From the NCBI GenBank assembly GCA_963926925.1, contig CAWUZD010000030.1, positions 1 to 61,720 on the forward strand: a stretch of 61,720 bases of DNA. The letters are read 5' to 3'. Each line of letters starts with the position of its first letter. Positions within the stretch are counted from its first letter, which is position 1. Shown here piece after piece: positions 1-9,223 of this stretch. This stretch comes from an uncultured Lactobacillaceae bacterium (lineage in GTDB: Bacteria; Bacillota; Bacilli; Lactobacillales; Lactobacillaceae). Both the position numbers and the translations under genes were made by a program. The notes beneath the pieces were generated by a model that was given only the letters and a program-made list of their open reading frames with translations, made no database searches and had not been told where the DNA came from.

Positions 1-793
1 CATGACCTTCCTTAGCTTGCGTTGCAGCTTCAGCGAATGTCATATGCATCTTATTCTTAGCCTTTTCTTCGTCATCATTTGAACCGAAGTTAGCGCAGCT
101 AAGTAATAAGTCAGAACCTTCGATAAAGTGTGGTAATTGTGGTGTTGGCCGTGTATCAGTTACCCAGCTAACCCGCAAACCTTTACGAGGTGCACCTAAT
201 ACCATGTCTGGGGTATAAGTCTTACCTTCGAAATCGATTGGTTGATCATCACGTTGTAATTGACCCCAAATCTTCCGTGGCACATCATTTTCTTGTGCTT
301 TCTTAGGATCAAACTTAGGACTCCGCTTTAAATCAACCCGATATGCGAAGTTAGGACGAGTATGTTTAACTGGTAAAGCAGTAATTGATAATTCACCATG
401 AATATACTTGTTATTAATTGGCATTGGTTTGCATGGTTCAGGATCTTCGATAATATTAATGTCATATGCTAACCATGGCATAATTACCCGAAAGCCTTTC
501 ATAACATCTTTAATACCTTTAGGTCCAATAATAGTAATTGGTTCAGTCCGACCAGTATTACTTGTAGTACCTAAAATACCTTGTAAACCAATAACGTGGT
601 CACCATGTAAGTGAGTGATACAAATAACATCCAAAGTCTTAAAACCACTCCGAACCGCACGCATAGAAACGCCAGTTCCTTCACCAGCATCCATTAAAAT
701 TTTACGACCTTTATATTCAATAATTGCTGATGATAAATAACGACCTGGTAATGGAATACTACCACCAGTACCTAATAATGTAACATCTAACAT
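1..793 (-). CDS. MBL-fold metallo-hydrolase, RNase Z/ElaC-like, with the C-terminus cut by the window start
   Basis: My own translation of the minus strand from ATG 793..791, preceded by an AGAAAGGA SD, reads MLDVTLLGTGGSIPLPGRYL...ICITHLHGDHVIGLQG...MHMTFAEAATQAKEGH. It has the HxHxDH metallo-beta-lactamase motif and no stop before position 1. The ORF track misses it because the ORF is open-ended. Confidence 0.7.
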   Translation of the reverse strand, partial: MLDVTLLGTGGSIPLPGRYLSSAIIEYKGRKILMDAGEGTGVSMRAVRSGFKTLDVICITHLHGDHVIGLQGILGTTSNTGRTEPITIIGPKGIKDVMKGFRVIMPWLAYDINIIEDPEPCKPMPINNKYIHGELSITALPVKHTRPNFAYRVDLKRSPKFDPKKAQENDVPRKIWGQLQRDDQPIDFEGKTYTPDMVLGAPRKGLRVSWVTDTRPTPQLPHFIEGSDLLLSCANFGSNDDEEKAKNKMHMTFAEAATQAKEGH

Positions 794-925
794 ATTAGTA
801 TCCTTTCTAAAATAAATTTGCAAAGTGCAGTGAAATACCGGACATTTTGTCTGTCTCTACAGTATTCCTTTTTTTAAGAAAATACAAATCATTTTCTTAA
901 AAAGACTAAAAAATTGCTACTTTTA

Positions 926-2140
926 TCAATTTTTTGTACTTGTTTGCATAACTTGTTGATATAATTGCCAATAATTTTGGTTCATTTGTGCCTGATCAAA
1001 CTTCATCCCCTGTTGTTGACAAAGTTGGGCTACTTGAGCATTCTTTTGCATTTGTTTAACCGCCGTCAATAAACTTGGCATATCACCACGCGGTACGACA
1101 ATACCTGTTTGTGCAGTTAACATTTCCGCATTACCGCCGGCAGCAAAAGTAACCACCGGCGTTCCACAAACCAGGGATTCAACATTAGTTAGGCCAAATG
1201 TTTCGGCTAAAGTTGGATTAATAAACACATCAGCTTGTTGATAATAATGCGTCAATTGCGCAATATCAGGCACTGGCCCAACAGCATTGATTAATTCACT
1301 TACCTTTTGACCACGCAAATCACCAACTAATGTCAATTGTAATTGTCCATTTAATAATTCTGCTAATTGATTTAAATATGAAAGGCCCTTATTTTCATTC
1401 CAAACACTCGCAACAGCCAAACCACGTTTTGGTAAGTCATGAGCTTGATAAAGAGGTTGTTGTAAGTAATTAGCAAATTGCACTGTATCAATGCCATTAT
1501 AAATAATTTGAACTGGATAATCCTTAAAGAAGGAATGTTTAATTAATGTTGCCATCCATTTCGAAGGTGCTACGAAGTGTAACCGTTGGGGTGATAATTG
1601 GGTAAAAGTACGTTTTTTACGCCAATAATTATGATCCTTACGATTAAATAGCCATGTTTGTGGATAAAGTGACAATTCACTGCGGTGTTGAATCGTCGTT
1701 GGCACTTGATTACCTTCTAACGCCATAATGGCAGCATGCGGTGAAAGTGACCAAATATCATGTAATGTCCAAATTACTTGTGCTTTACTATGATGAGCTA
1801 AATAATCAAATAATTCCGCCACATTAATATAATAACCATGCAAATTATGTAAATGAATCACATCAGGTTGAAAGTTATCAATGACTTTTAATAATTTTTT
1901 AGTTGGTTGTCGAGAAGCAAAGCCGGAATTATCAAATAAGCGTGTTTCTAAAGCCGCTTCATAAAAATTAAATTTGCCATGACCAATGCGATATAGGGCA
2001 AATGGCGCTTCTGCTTCACCACGACCATAACAAACTAAAACTTCAGCACCATGATGTTGCGCATATTCTGCCAAATCACTAACAATTTTTCCCGTACTAC
2101 CAAAATTAACAACGGAGTTAATTTCTAATAAGCGCATCAT
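926..2140 (-). CDS. Glycosyltransferase family 4 (GT-B fold)
   Basis: About 404 aa with a C-terminal GT1/GT4 signature (FINPTLAETFGLTNVESLVCGTPVV). The likely start is ATG 2140 (MMRLL) behind an AGAAAGAAG SD. The track start at 2146 is a GTG too close to the SD. Confidence 0.75.
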   Translation of the reverse strand: MMRLLEINSVVNFGSTGKIVSDLAEYAQHHGAEVLVCYGRGEAEAPFALYRIGHGKFNFYEAALETRLFDNSGFASRQPTKKLLKVIDNFQPDVIHLHNLHGYYINVAELFDYLAHHSKAQVIWTLHDIWSLSPHAAIMALEGNQVPTTIQHRSELSLYPQTWLFNRKDHNYWRKKRTFTQLSPQRLHFVAPSKWMATLIKHSFFKDYPVQIIYNGIDTVQFANYLQQPLYQAHDLPKRGLAVASVWNENKGLSYLNQLAELLNGQLQLTLVGDLRGQKVSELINAVGPVPDIAQLTHYYQQADVFINPTLAETFGLTNVESLVCGTPVVTFAAGGNAEMLTAQTGIVVPRGDMPSLLTAVKQMQKNAQVAQLCQQQGMKFDQAQMNQNYWQLYQQVMQTSTKN

Positions 2141-2244
2141 TGTCACTTCTTTCTTATATTATTCTTATTTTTCTAAAGTCATTTTGCCAAATGCGAATAT
2201 TATTTCATATAATAAAATTACTAATTTAAATAAGGATGTTCATT

Positions 2245-3579
2245 ATGCGTACAAATAAGAAATCTTTAGCAACAATCATCATTACCATGTTAATGATTGT
2301 TTGCTCACAACTAACATTACAACTACATAGTAACATTGCCGCTAACGGTTCTACCAAAATTTACTTAATTGAAATTGTTATCTTTGTTTGGAGTATTTGG
2401 GTCGTTGGCTGGCGTGAATTACTGCAACGTCGGATTAAAAATTTATCACCATTAGCAAAAATGAATCTGTTGTTATTATTTATTTTTGCTGGTTATTATC
2501 TGGCTACAATGATCTATCATTACTGTCAGCACATGCCATTAACAAGTAGTTTTTATTTAGCACGCATCATGATTGAAATGTGCTGTGTTGTTTTAATCAT
2601 TAGTTATTATCACGTTAATGCACGTGATATCTTTACTGGTGCATTACTAGCCATCTTCATTGGTACCTTAGGCCAATACTTCACACTCTTCTTCGGTAGT
2701 GGTGACTTACGTGGCGGAACTGTTAATATGCTTAGCAACTCAGTTACCATGTACACTTGCCAAATTTTATTAATTCCGAGCATGATTTACTATTCACAGC
2801 AATCATTAGCTAAATGGTTACGTTATATCAACTATGCAACCTTACTATTAATTTGGCCAACATTACTGCTTACCGGTTCACGAATGGCCTTACCATTAGG
2901 ATTATTAGTGCTAGTGTTATCGCTACTCTTATTCGTTCACCGGGCTAAATCATTCTGGCTATTATTAGGCGCAAATGGTCTTACTTTAGGCATTGCCTTT
3001 GTTTTAATTGCTAGTGTTTGTGGTCCAATGAATAAGAATAACCTTGAACGGTCTGTTTATGAACCAGTCGCCATTTATAATAAAATTACTCCTGATACTT
3101 TGCATTTGCATATGAATCAATTATTGCAAATTAATGAACCACATCATGAAATGCCTAAGAATAAAAAGAAAACAGCTGATAACACAATCAGAGTAAGTAA
3201 TGATATGCGTAAAGTTATTAATAGTAAGGCAATTGCTACCATTACTAAAAATAATCAAAACCTCTGGATTGGGATTGGCATGTCATCTGTTTATACGCAT
3301 CACTGGGGTTACCAAAAGCCACATAACTTATTCTTATTATTCTTATTACCATTTGGCATTATTGGATTAATCATTTGTTACTTAATCATTTTAATGCCGT
3401 TAATTGTGGCAACAACCGTTAAAAAGTATCGTAATCCCCAACACATTTTATTAATTCTAATGACACTTTTACCAGTATTAATTGTTAGCACCAGCCAACC
3501 AACTTTGGGAGTGTTAGTCATTAATTTAATGTTAATTAGTTTAACCAGTAGTATTGCAAATAACGAAAAAGGTCTGTGA
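2245..3579 (+). CDS. Polytopic membrane protein, O-antigen ligase/polymerase (Wzy-like) family
   Basis: About 444 aa with at least 10 hydrophobic segments and one large charged loop (HHEMPKNKKKTADNTIRVSNDMRK). It is divergent from the GT4 gene. AAGGA lies 9 nt before ATG 2245. Confidence 0.55.
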   Translation: MRTNKKSLATIIITMLMIVCSQLTLQLHSNIAANGSTKIYLIEIVIFVWSIWVVGWRELLQRRIKNLSPLAKMNLLLLFIFAGYYLATMIYHYCQHMPLTSSFYLARIMIEMCCVVLIISYYHVNARDIFTGALLAIFIGTLGQYFTLFFGSGDLRGGTVNMLSNSVTMYTCQILLIPSMIYYSQQSLAKWLRYINYATLLLIWPTLLLTGSRMALPLGLLVLVLSLLLFVHRAKSFWLLLGANGLTLGIAFVLIASVCGPMNKNNLERSVYEPVAIYNKITPDTLHLHMNQLLQINEPHHEMPKNKKKTADNTIRVSNDMRKVINSKAIATITKNNQNLWIGIGMSSVYTHHWGYQKPHNLFLLFLLPFGIIGLIICYLIILMPLIVATTVKKYRNPQHILLILMTLLPVLIVSTSQPTLGVLVINLMLISLTSSIANNEKGL

Positions 3580-3598
3580 TAATCACAGACCTTTTTTT
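3566..3598. terminator. Bidirectional rho-independent terminator between the Wzy-like and GT2 genes
   Basis: A5-GGTCTGTGA-taa-TCACAGACC-T7. The stem contains the TGA stop of the plus-strand gene. Confidence 0.8.
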
Positions 3599-4625
3599 AT
3601 GGACGATTTAAATATTCAATGTGTTTAATCTTACGTTGTAATAACAATGCCGCTAACTTATACAAGTGACCATGCGAATGTTTAATCATCGCCACTAGTG
3701 GACGACTCGGCATCTTGTATATTTCCGGAACAATTTCTTGAACTTCAGCATCCCAGCCCATTAATTGTTGCTTGCGCATCATTGATGGTGGAAATGATAA
3801 CCATAGATAATATTGAATTTCAATAATGCGATGTAAACAACGTTGTTCATAAAGTAATTTAGTTGCTGATAATGACCGTTTATATAAATCATAATTAGCA
3901 ATACATGCTTTAATGATTTGGTAATGCTGTGCTAAGTGATCTTGGGTTGTTTTAACATTTAATGTTAAATTCTGGGGATCAAAATTAATATGATAAACAT
4001 AAACTTCATTTTTTAAAAAGACAACACTTTGAATTGCCCGAATGGGATAAAGCACATAGGCTTCATCAACATAATAAAGATTATCATCAAAGTGAATCTT
4101 ATTTTCAGCAAATAAGCTGGTACGATATGTGATTTCACAAAACGGAATTGTCCGTTCTAAGTTTAATTCATCAAATTGATATTCATGTTGGGTAACATAG
4201 CGATTAAACAAATGTTCACCAAAAATATCCTGCTTCATATTGTCGCCGTTAAATTGAATATAAGGATTAACAACCATGTCAATTGCAGTATGACCTTGTA
4301 AATAATTAACAAGCGTCACTAAGCCCATGGTATTAACCCAGTCATGACCTTCAACAATTTTAACGTAATTACCTTGTGCACTGGCAATGGCTTGATTTAG
4401 AGTCGCACCATGAGCTAAAGGATCAGCTTTCAAAACATGAATTGTTTCTGGATACTTTTGTACATATTCATATGCAGTCGCTAATGTATCATCGGTGGCA
4501 CCCGCATCAAGAATCATAATTTCAATTAATGGCATAATGTCATCATTAATTAACGTTGGTAAACATGTACTTAAATTTTCTTCATTAGCATAAATGGGAA
4601 TAATAATTGTTAATACTTTGGTCAT
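3597..4625 (-). CDS. Glycosyltransferase family 2
   Basis: The N-terminus LTIIIPIYANEENLSTCLPTL...ILDAGATDDT is a typical GT-A/GT2 fold with a DxD-type motif. GGTGGGA SD. Confidence 0.75.
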   Translation of the reverse strand: MTKVLTIIIPIYANEENLSTCLPTLINDDIMPLIEIMILDAGATDDTLATAYEYVQKYPETIHVLKADPLAHGATLNQAIASAQGNYVKIVEGHDWVNTMGLVTLVNYLQGHTAIDMVVNPYIQFNGDNMKQDIFGEHLFNRYVTQHEYQFDELNLERTIPFCEITYRTSLFAENKIHFDDNLYYVDEAYVLYPIRAIQSVVFLKNEVYVYHINFDPQNLTLNVKTTQDHLAQHYQIIKACIANYDLYKRSLSATKLLYEQRCLHRIIEIQYYLWLSFPPSMMRKQQLMGWDAEVQEIVPEIYKMPSRPLVAMIKHSHGHLYKLAALLLQRKIKHIEYLNRP

Positions 4626-4647
4626 AAATGTCCCACCATTTCATTAC

Positions 4648-4682
4648 AAAATAATAGAGCATTGAAAAAACTCTCAATGCTC
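4648..4682 (-). terminator. Candidate terminator after the tsaE-GNAT pair
   Basis: On the minus strand, GAGCATTGA-gagttttt-TCAATGCTC is followed by the T-rich stretch tattatttt. The U-tract is imperfect. Confidence 0.4.
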
Positions 4683-4709
4683 ATCTTAATGCAATTATTA
4701 CTACTTTGT

Positions 4710-5234
4710 CTAACAATGATTAATCATCATTGCCATTAAAACAACTGGAATATCACCAACTTGGTCATCAAAATAACCGCGTTGCATCACTGCTTCATCC
4801 TGGAAACCAAATTCATGATATAAAGCAATCGCACGCTGATTACGTTGTTGCACCGTTAATTCTAAGCGGTGAATCATTGGTATATGCTGAACCCAATCAA
4901 TTGCTGTTGCCATTAAAAGATGACCTAATCCATAATGCCAATAATCCTTAAGCACCGCAATGCCTAACTCACCAATATGGCACATATGATAGTCACTAGC
5001 AGCACTGATTCTAACAAAACCAATTAATTGTTCACCTAAAGCCGCGACAAACATCGCATTATTCGGTGAATTAAGCACAGCATTGATTTCTAAGGCTTCA
5101 CTTTGTTCATCTAATTCCAAACCGTTGTCAAACGTTACAAAGGATGTTTCCGTTTGTAACTGGCGAACAAGACGTAATAAGGCCGCCGCATCAGTTGGTT
5201 TAATACTTCTAATTACAACATCTTCACTAGCCAT
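4710..5234 (-). CDS. GNAT family N-acetyltransferase
   Basis: 174 aa with an acetyl-CoA binding region (LELTVQQRNQRAIALYHEFGF). It overlaps the tsaE stop by 8 nt. Confidence 0.75.
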   Translation of the reverse strand: MASEDVVIRSIKPTDAAALLRLVRQLQTETSFVTFDNGLELDEQSEALEINAVLNSPNNAMFVAALGEQLIGFVRISAASDYHMCHIGELGIAVLKDYWHYGLGHLLMATAIDWVQHIPMIHRLELTVQQRNQRAIALYHEFGFQDEAVMQRGYFDDQVGDIPVVLMAMMINHC

Positions 5235-5700
5235 TAATAGCTTGCTCCAATTGTGTAATTAACTTTTGATAAAGTTCACCACGGGCTTCAAATTGTAACT
5301 GGCGCCGATCATCATTATTTTCATCTTTAATAAAATGAATTGTTAAATATTCATCAGGTAATAAGTGTTCAACAAATTGTGACCATTCAACAATGCTAAC
5401 GCCATCACCATCAAAATATTCTTCTAAGCCCAAGTCATCGGCACCGCCTTCTTCAAGCCGATAAACATCCATATGATAAAGCGGAATCTTACCTTCAGGA
5501 TATTCCCGAATTAACGTAAAGGTTGGGCTCTTAACATAACGTTTAATACCAAGTGCTTGGGCAACACCCTTCGTAAAGGTTGTCTTCCCAGCACCAAGTT
5601 CACCATCAAGTAAAATTACCATCCCTGGCTTAACTAATTTACCTAATTGCTCGCCTAAAGCAATTGTTGCAGCGGCATCATTAGTAGTAACTGTTAACAT
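5227..5700 (-). CDS. tsaE: tRNA threonylcarbamoyladenosine (t6A) biosynthesis ATPase TsaE
   Basis: 157 aa with the P-loop GELGAGKTTFTKG and SPTFTL(I)xEY, a YjeE/TsaE family hallmark. Confidence 0.85.
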   Translation of the reverse strand: MLTVTTNDAAATIALGEQLGKLVKPGMVILLDGELGAGKTTFTKGVAQALGIKRYVKSPTFTLIREYPEGKIPLYHMDVYRLEEGGADDLGLEEYFDGDGVSIVEWSQFVEHLLPDEYLTIHFIKDENNDDRRQLQFEARGELYQKLITQLEQAING

Positions 5701-5716
5701 CTTTTTAATTCTTCCT

Positions 5717-6691
5717 TTATTTCAATAAAGATTGAGCAGCAGTGATAATTGCTGTCTTATAAGCATCTTCTGCACTAGCGCCCCGTGATAAGTCAGAAAC
5801 TGGCTTATTTAAACCTTGTAAAACTGGTCCAATAGCTTCAAAATTACCTAACCGTTGGGCAATCTTATAACCAATATTACCAGATTGTAATTCTGGGAAA
5901 ATATAAACTGTTGCATGACCAGCAATATCAGAACCTGGAGCTTTTTGTGCACCAACTTTTGGTACATAGGCAGCATCAAATTGTAATTCACCATCAAGTG
6001 GTAAGGCGGGATCCATTTGATGAGCTAGTTTAGTAGCTTCTTGTACTTTAACAACAGCATCCCCATGACCAGAACCTTTCGTAGAATAACTAAGCATGGC
6101 TACCCGTGGTTCAATATCAAACAAGGTAGCAGTTTTAGCTGATTCAACTGCCATTTCAGCTAATTGTTGGGCTGTTGGATCAATGTTAATGGCACAATCC
6201 GCAAATAAGTAACGTTCATCATCCCGTTGCATAATCATCGCACCGCTTGTCCGACTGATGCCTGGTTTTGTTTTAATAATTTGTAAAGCAGGCCGTACTG
6301 TATCACCAGTTGGATGAACAATGCCAGATACCATCCCATCTGCTTGGTCCATGTAAACTAACATGGTTCCAAAGTAATTGACATTCAATAATTGTTGTTC
6401 AGCTTCATCATGAGTTGCTTTACCAGCACGCCGTTCAACAAATGCATCTACCATCTTTTCATAGTCAGCATAATTATTCGAATCAATCATTTGTGCACCA
6501 TCAATATCAAAATGATGATCATTAGCAACTTGCTTAATTTTTTGAACATCACCTAACAAGATAGGTTGAACTAATTGATCATGAATTAAATTAGCAACAG
6601 CTTCCAAAATCCGTGGTTCTTCACCTTCAGGAAAAACAATGCGGATATTCTTATCACTAATTTTTTGTTTTAAACTTGCAAATAATTCCAT
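5717..6691 (-). CDS. pta: Phosphate acetyltransferase
   Basis: About 324 aa with a PTA_PTB domain (SGNIGYKIAQRLG, DLSRGAS). The likely start is ATG 6691 (MELFAS) behind AGGAG. The track's GTG at 6700 overlaps the SD. Confidence 0.9.
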   Translation of the reverse strand: MELFASLKQKISDKNIRIVFPEGEEPRILEAVANLIHDQLVQPILLGDVQKIKQVANDHHFDIDGAQMIDSNNYADYEKMVDAFVERRAGKATHDEAEQQLLNVNYFGTMLVYMDQADGMVSGIVHPTGDTVRPALQIIKTKPGISRTSGAMIMQRDDERYLFADCAINIDPTAQQLAEMAVESAKTATLFDIEPRVAMLSYSTKGSGHGDAVVKVQEATKLAHQMDPALPLDGELQFDAAYVPKVGAQKAPGSDIAGHATVYIFPELQSGNIGYKIAQRLGNFEAIGPVLQGLNKPVSDLSRGASAEDAYKTAIITAAQSLLK

Positions 6692-6713
6692 TATTATCAC
6701 TCCTACTTATCGA

Positions 6714-7424
6714 TTAAGATGCACTATTGGCATTAACATTATTAACATTGGCTGGTAATTGCCAATCAATTGGTTTTTCACCCCATTTTTCTAAAATCGC
6801 ATTTGTACGTGAAAATGGTCGTGAACCAAAGAAACCCCGGTTAGCAGAAAATGGACTAGGATGAGCCGAAGCAATTACCGCATTCTTCGATTCATCAATT
6901 AACGCCCGTTTAGCTTTAGCAGCATTTCCCCATAAAATAAAGACTACATGACCACGGTCAGACAAGGCCTTAATTGCCGCATCAGTTAGTTGTTCCCAAC
7001 CTTTACCACGATGTGAAAAAGCTTCACCACGCCGGACGGTTAAAACTGAATTTAGTAATAACACGCCTTGATCAGCCCAGTGTTTCAAGTAACCATGGTT
7101 AACTGGTTTAATTCCACAATCATCTTGTAATTCTTTATAAATATTTACTAATGATGGCGGAATCTTAACACCTGGTTGAACAGCAAAACTTGCTCCCACG
7201 GCTTGATGTGGTTCATGATATGGATCTTGACCTAAAATAACTACCTTGGTTTTATCAAATGGTGTCCATTCAAAGGCCTGAAAAATATGATACATATCAG
7301 GATAAATCGTATGGGTTTGGTACTCATGTTTCAAAAATTCGCGTAATTTTTGATAATATGGTTGGTCAAATTGACTTTGCAAAACTTGCTGCCAATCATT
7401 GTGAATTAGTACTTTATTAGTCAT
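6714..7424 (-). CDS. ung: Uracil-DNA glycosylase
   Basis: Carries the GQDPYH and HPSPFSA motifs. The likely start is ATG 7424 (MTNKVL) behind AAAGGTGG, so the track N-terminus is over-extended. Confidence 0.9.
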   Translation of the reverse strand: MTNKVLIHNDWQQVLQSQFDQPYYQKLREFLKHEYQTHTIYPDMYHIFQAFEWTPFDKTKVVILGQDPYHEPHQAVGASFAVQPGVKIPPSLVNIYKELQDDCGIKPVNHGYLKHWADQGVLLLNSVLTVRRGEAFSHRGKGWEQLTDAAIKALSDRGHVVFILWGNAAKAKRALIDESKNAVIASAHPSPFSANRGFFGSRPFSRTNAILEKWGEKPIDWQLPANVNNVNANSAS

Positions 7425-7495
7425 TAAGTTACACCACCTTTCACTAAACATGCTAAAGTTATTATAAAGGTTTATTAAAAAAGGGGGAAATAATT

Positions 7496-7999
7496 ATTAT
7501 TAATTTATATTTAACTAATAATGATAAAGCTAGTAACGTTTATTTAATCACTAACACAAAACATCAACCACAATACATGTTAAGCGGACGCTTTGGCATG
7601 AAAAACAGTGGCTTCACTCTTTATGATATCAATAATCAAATGCTTGGTTCAATCATTCAGCAAGATACTAGTATTTTCCCACACTTCATTTTAAGAACTT
7701 CATCTCATGAAGCGAAATTATTTCACTATCATTTAATTAAAAACTTTGGCTATTTAACTGATCTGCAATGGTTCATTGTGGAACGTGGTCAACGTTATCA
7801 TGTTTACCATTTTCATCAAAAAATTATGATAATTCATGCCATTATGACAATTTATGGCAGTAGTTTGCATATCCAAATTAATAATCAGGATGACGTTGCG
7901 ACATGCTTATTAGTTGCTTGTGCAATTAATAGTTGGCAACGGTTGCGGACACGTAAACGTTATCGCTTAAAATTACATAGTAATTGCTATGTTAATTAG
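7496..7999 (+). CDS. Small cytoplasmic protein, YxjI/LURP-one-like (tubby C-terminal-like fold), with a probable non-ATG start
   Basis: The track ORF starts at ATG 7577 and has no SD. The frame is open back to 7457, and a strong AAGGGGGA SD (7481-7488) precedes ATT codons at 7493, 7496 and 7499. The extended N-terminus (INLYLTNNDKASNVYLITNTKHQPQYMLSGRF) continues the beta-strand pattern I remember for the YxjI family. Confidence 0.45.
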   Translation: MINLYLTNNDKASNVYLITNTKHQPQYMLSGRFGMKNSGFTLYDINNQMLGSIIQQDTSIFPHFILRTSSHEAKLFHYHLIKNFGYLTDLQWFIVERGQRYHVYHFHQKIMIIHAIMTIYGSSLHIQINNQDDVATCLLVACAINSWQRLRTRKRYRLKLHSNCYVN

Positions 8000-8170
8000 G
8001 TAAAAATCATTTTAATAATAACATTGATATCATTTTGTAATATTTTTTACGAAATTATTACATTTATCCACCGGATAATCCATAAAATTTAATATTTTTG
8101 CGTTAAAATATTTAAAGATTTATTTGCGATGATTATCATCAGTAATTTTGGTTAAAGGAGCTTTATAAAT

Positions 8171-9223
8171 TTGAAAGTAACATTTAAAGATGTCTCATTT
8201 TCTTATGATGGCAAGAAAACTGTCCTTAAAGATCTTAATTTTGTCATTCCTGAAGGCAAATTAGTTTGTTTGTTAGGCCCCAGTGGTGGCGGGAAATCAA
8301 CAACATTAAGTCTTATTTCAGGATTAACCACACCTACTTCAGGTCATATTTATTTTGATGATACTGATGTTTCTAAGAAGGATGCATTAGCTCGTAAGGT
8401 TGGTATGGTCTTCCAGAACTATGCTTTATACCCTCATTTAACAATTTTGGAAAACATTGCCTTTCCATTAAAAATGCAAAAAGTTCCTAAAGCACAACGT
8501 GAAGCTACTGCCAAAAAATTAGCTAAACTTGTGCATGTTGATGATCAATTAAACAAAAAACCAGGCGAATTATCTGGTGGTCAACAACAACGGGTGGCAA
8601 TCGCTCGTGCCTTAGCTAAAAAACCAAGTATTCTTTTACTTGATGAACCATTATCAAACCTTGATGCGCGGTTACGCATTGAAATGCGTAAAGAAATTCG
8701 GCGGATTCAACAAGAAACTCACATTACGACGGTCTTTGTTACCCATGACCAAGAAGAAGCTTTACACATTGCTGACTACATCATGGTACTTAACCAAGGT
8801 AAAATTCAACAATTCAGTACACCTGAAGATTTGTATGAACATCCTGCTAATGAATTCGTAGCTAAATTCGTTGGCGAACCAGTAATTAACATTGTGCCAA
8901 TTAGTGCATTTTGTCATGACCTTGACGGTATTATTCCAAGTGACTTATTAGAAAAAACCGCATCTGTTGGTCTTCGTTCGGAAGCCATTACTCCATATGA
9001 CGATAAACCAATTTTAACGAAGTTAACTGGTAAAATCATTGATAACGAAAAATATGGTCGCGAAAATACCACGAAGATTGATTACAATGGTGCCACTATC
9101 ATTACTACTGAAATGGCAAATATCGAAGATAAAGTTGGTGAAACAATTAGTTTCAATATTACCAAGAGTGGTTTCTATTTATTTGATGAATCTGGAACAA
9201 CAATTTATGGTGAGGAAAAATAG
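8171..9223 (+). CDS. ABC transporter ATP-binding protein, MalK/UgpC/MsmK-like (CUT1 sugar importer type)
   Basis: Has Walker A GPSGGGKST, the signature [15 protein letters not shown], Walker B ILLLDEP and a C-terminal regulatory/TOBE-like extension. It uses a TTG start behind AAAGGAG. Confidence 0.85.
   Translation: MKVTFKDVSFSYDGKKTVLKDLNFVIPEGKLVCLLGPSGGGKSTTLSLISGLTTPTSGHIYFDDTDVSKKDALARKVGMVFQNYALYPHLTILENIAFPLKMQKVPKAQREATAKKLAKLVHVDDQLNKKPGELSGGQQQRVAIARALAKKPSILLLDEPLSNLDARLRIEMRKEIRRIQQETHITTVFVTHDQEEALHIADYIMVLNQGKIQQFSTPEDLYEHPANEFVAKFVGEPVINIVPISAFCHDLDGIIPSDLLEKTASVGLRSEAITPYDDKPILTKLTGKIIDNEKYGRENTTKIDYNGATIITTEMANIEDKVGETISFNITKSGFYLFDESGTTIYGEEK

Noticed and set aside
408-614. 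A 68-aa plus-strand ORF in the track.
   Set aside because: It lies entirely antisense to the well-supported MBL-fold/RNase Z-like gene (minus strand, 1-793, with an HxHxDH motif). It has no SD and a low-complexity hydrophobic translation.
871-903. A 13-bp AT-rich inverted repeat, TTTTTAAGAAAAT-N7-ATTTTCTTAAAAA, downstream of the GT4 gene, considered as a terminator.
   Set aside because: The T-run precedes and the A-run follows the stem on both strands, so no U-tract follows the hairpin in either orientation. The stem is almost pure A/T. I treat it as an uninterpreted palindrome.
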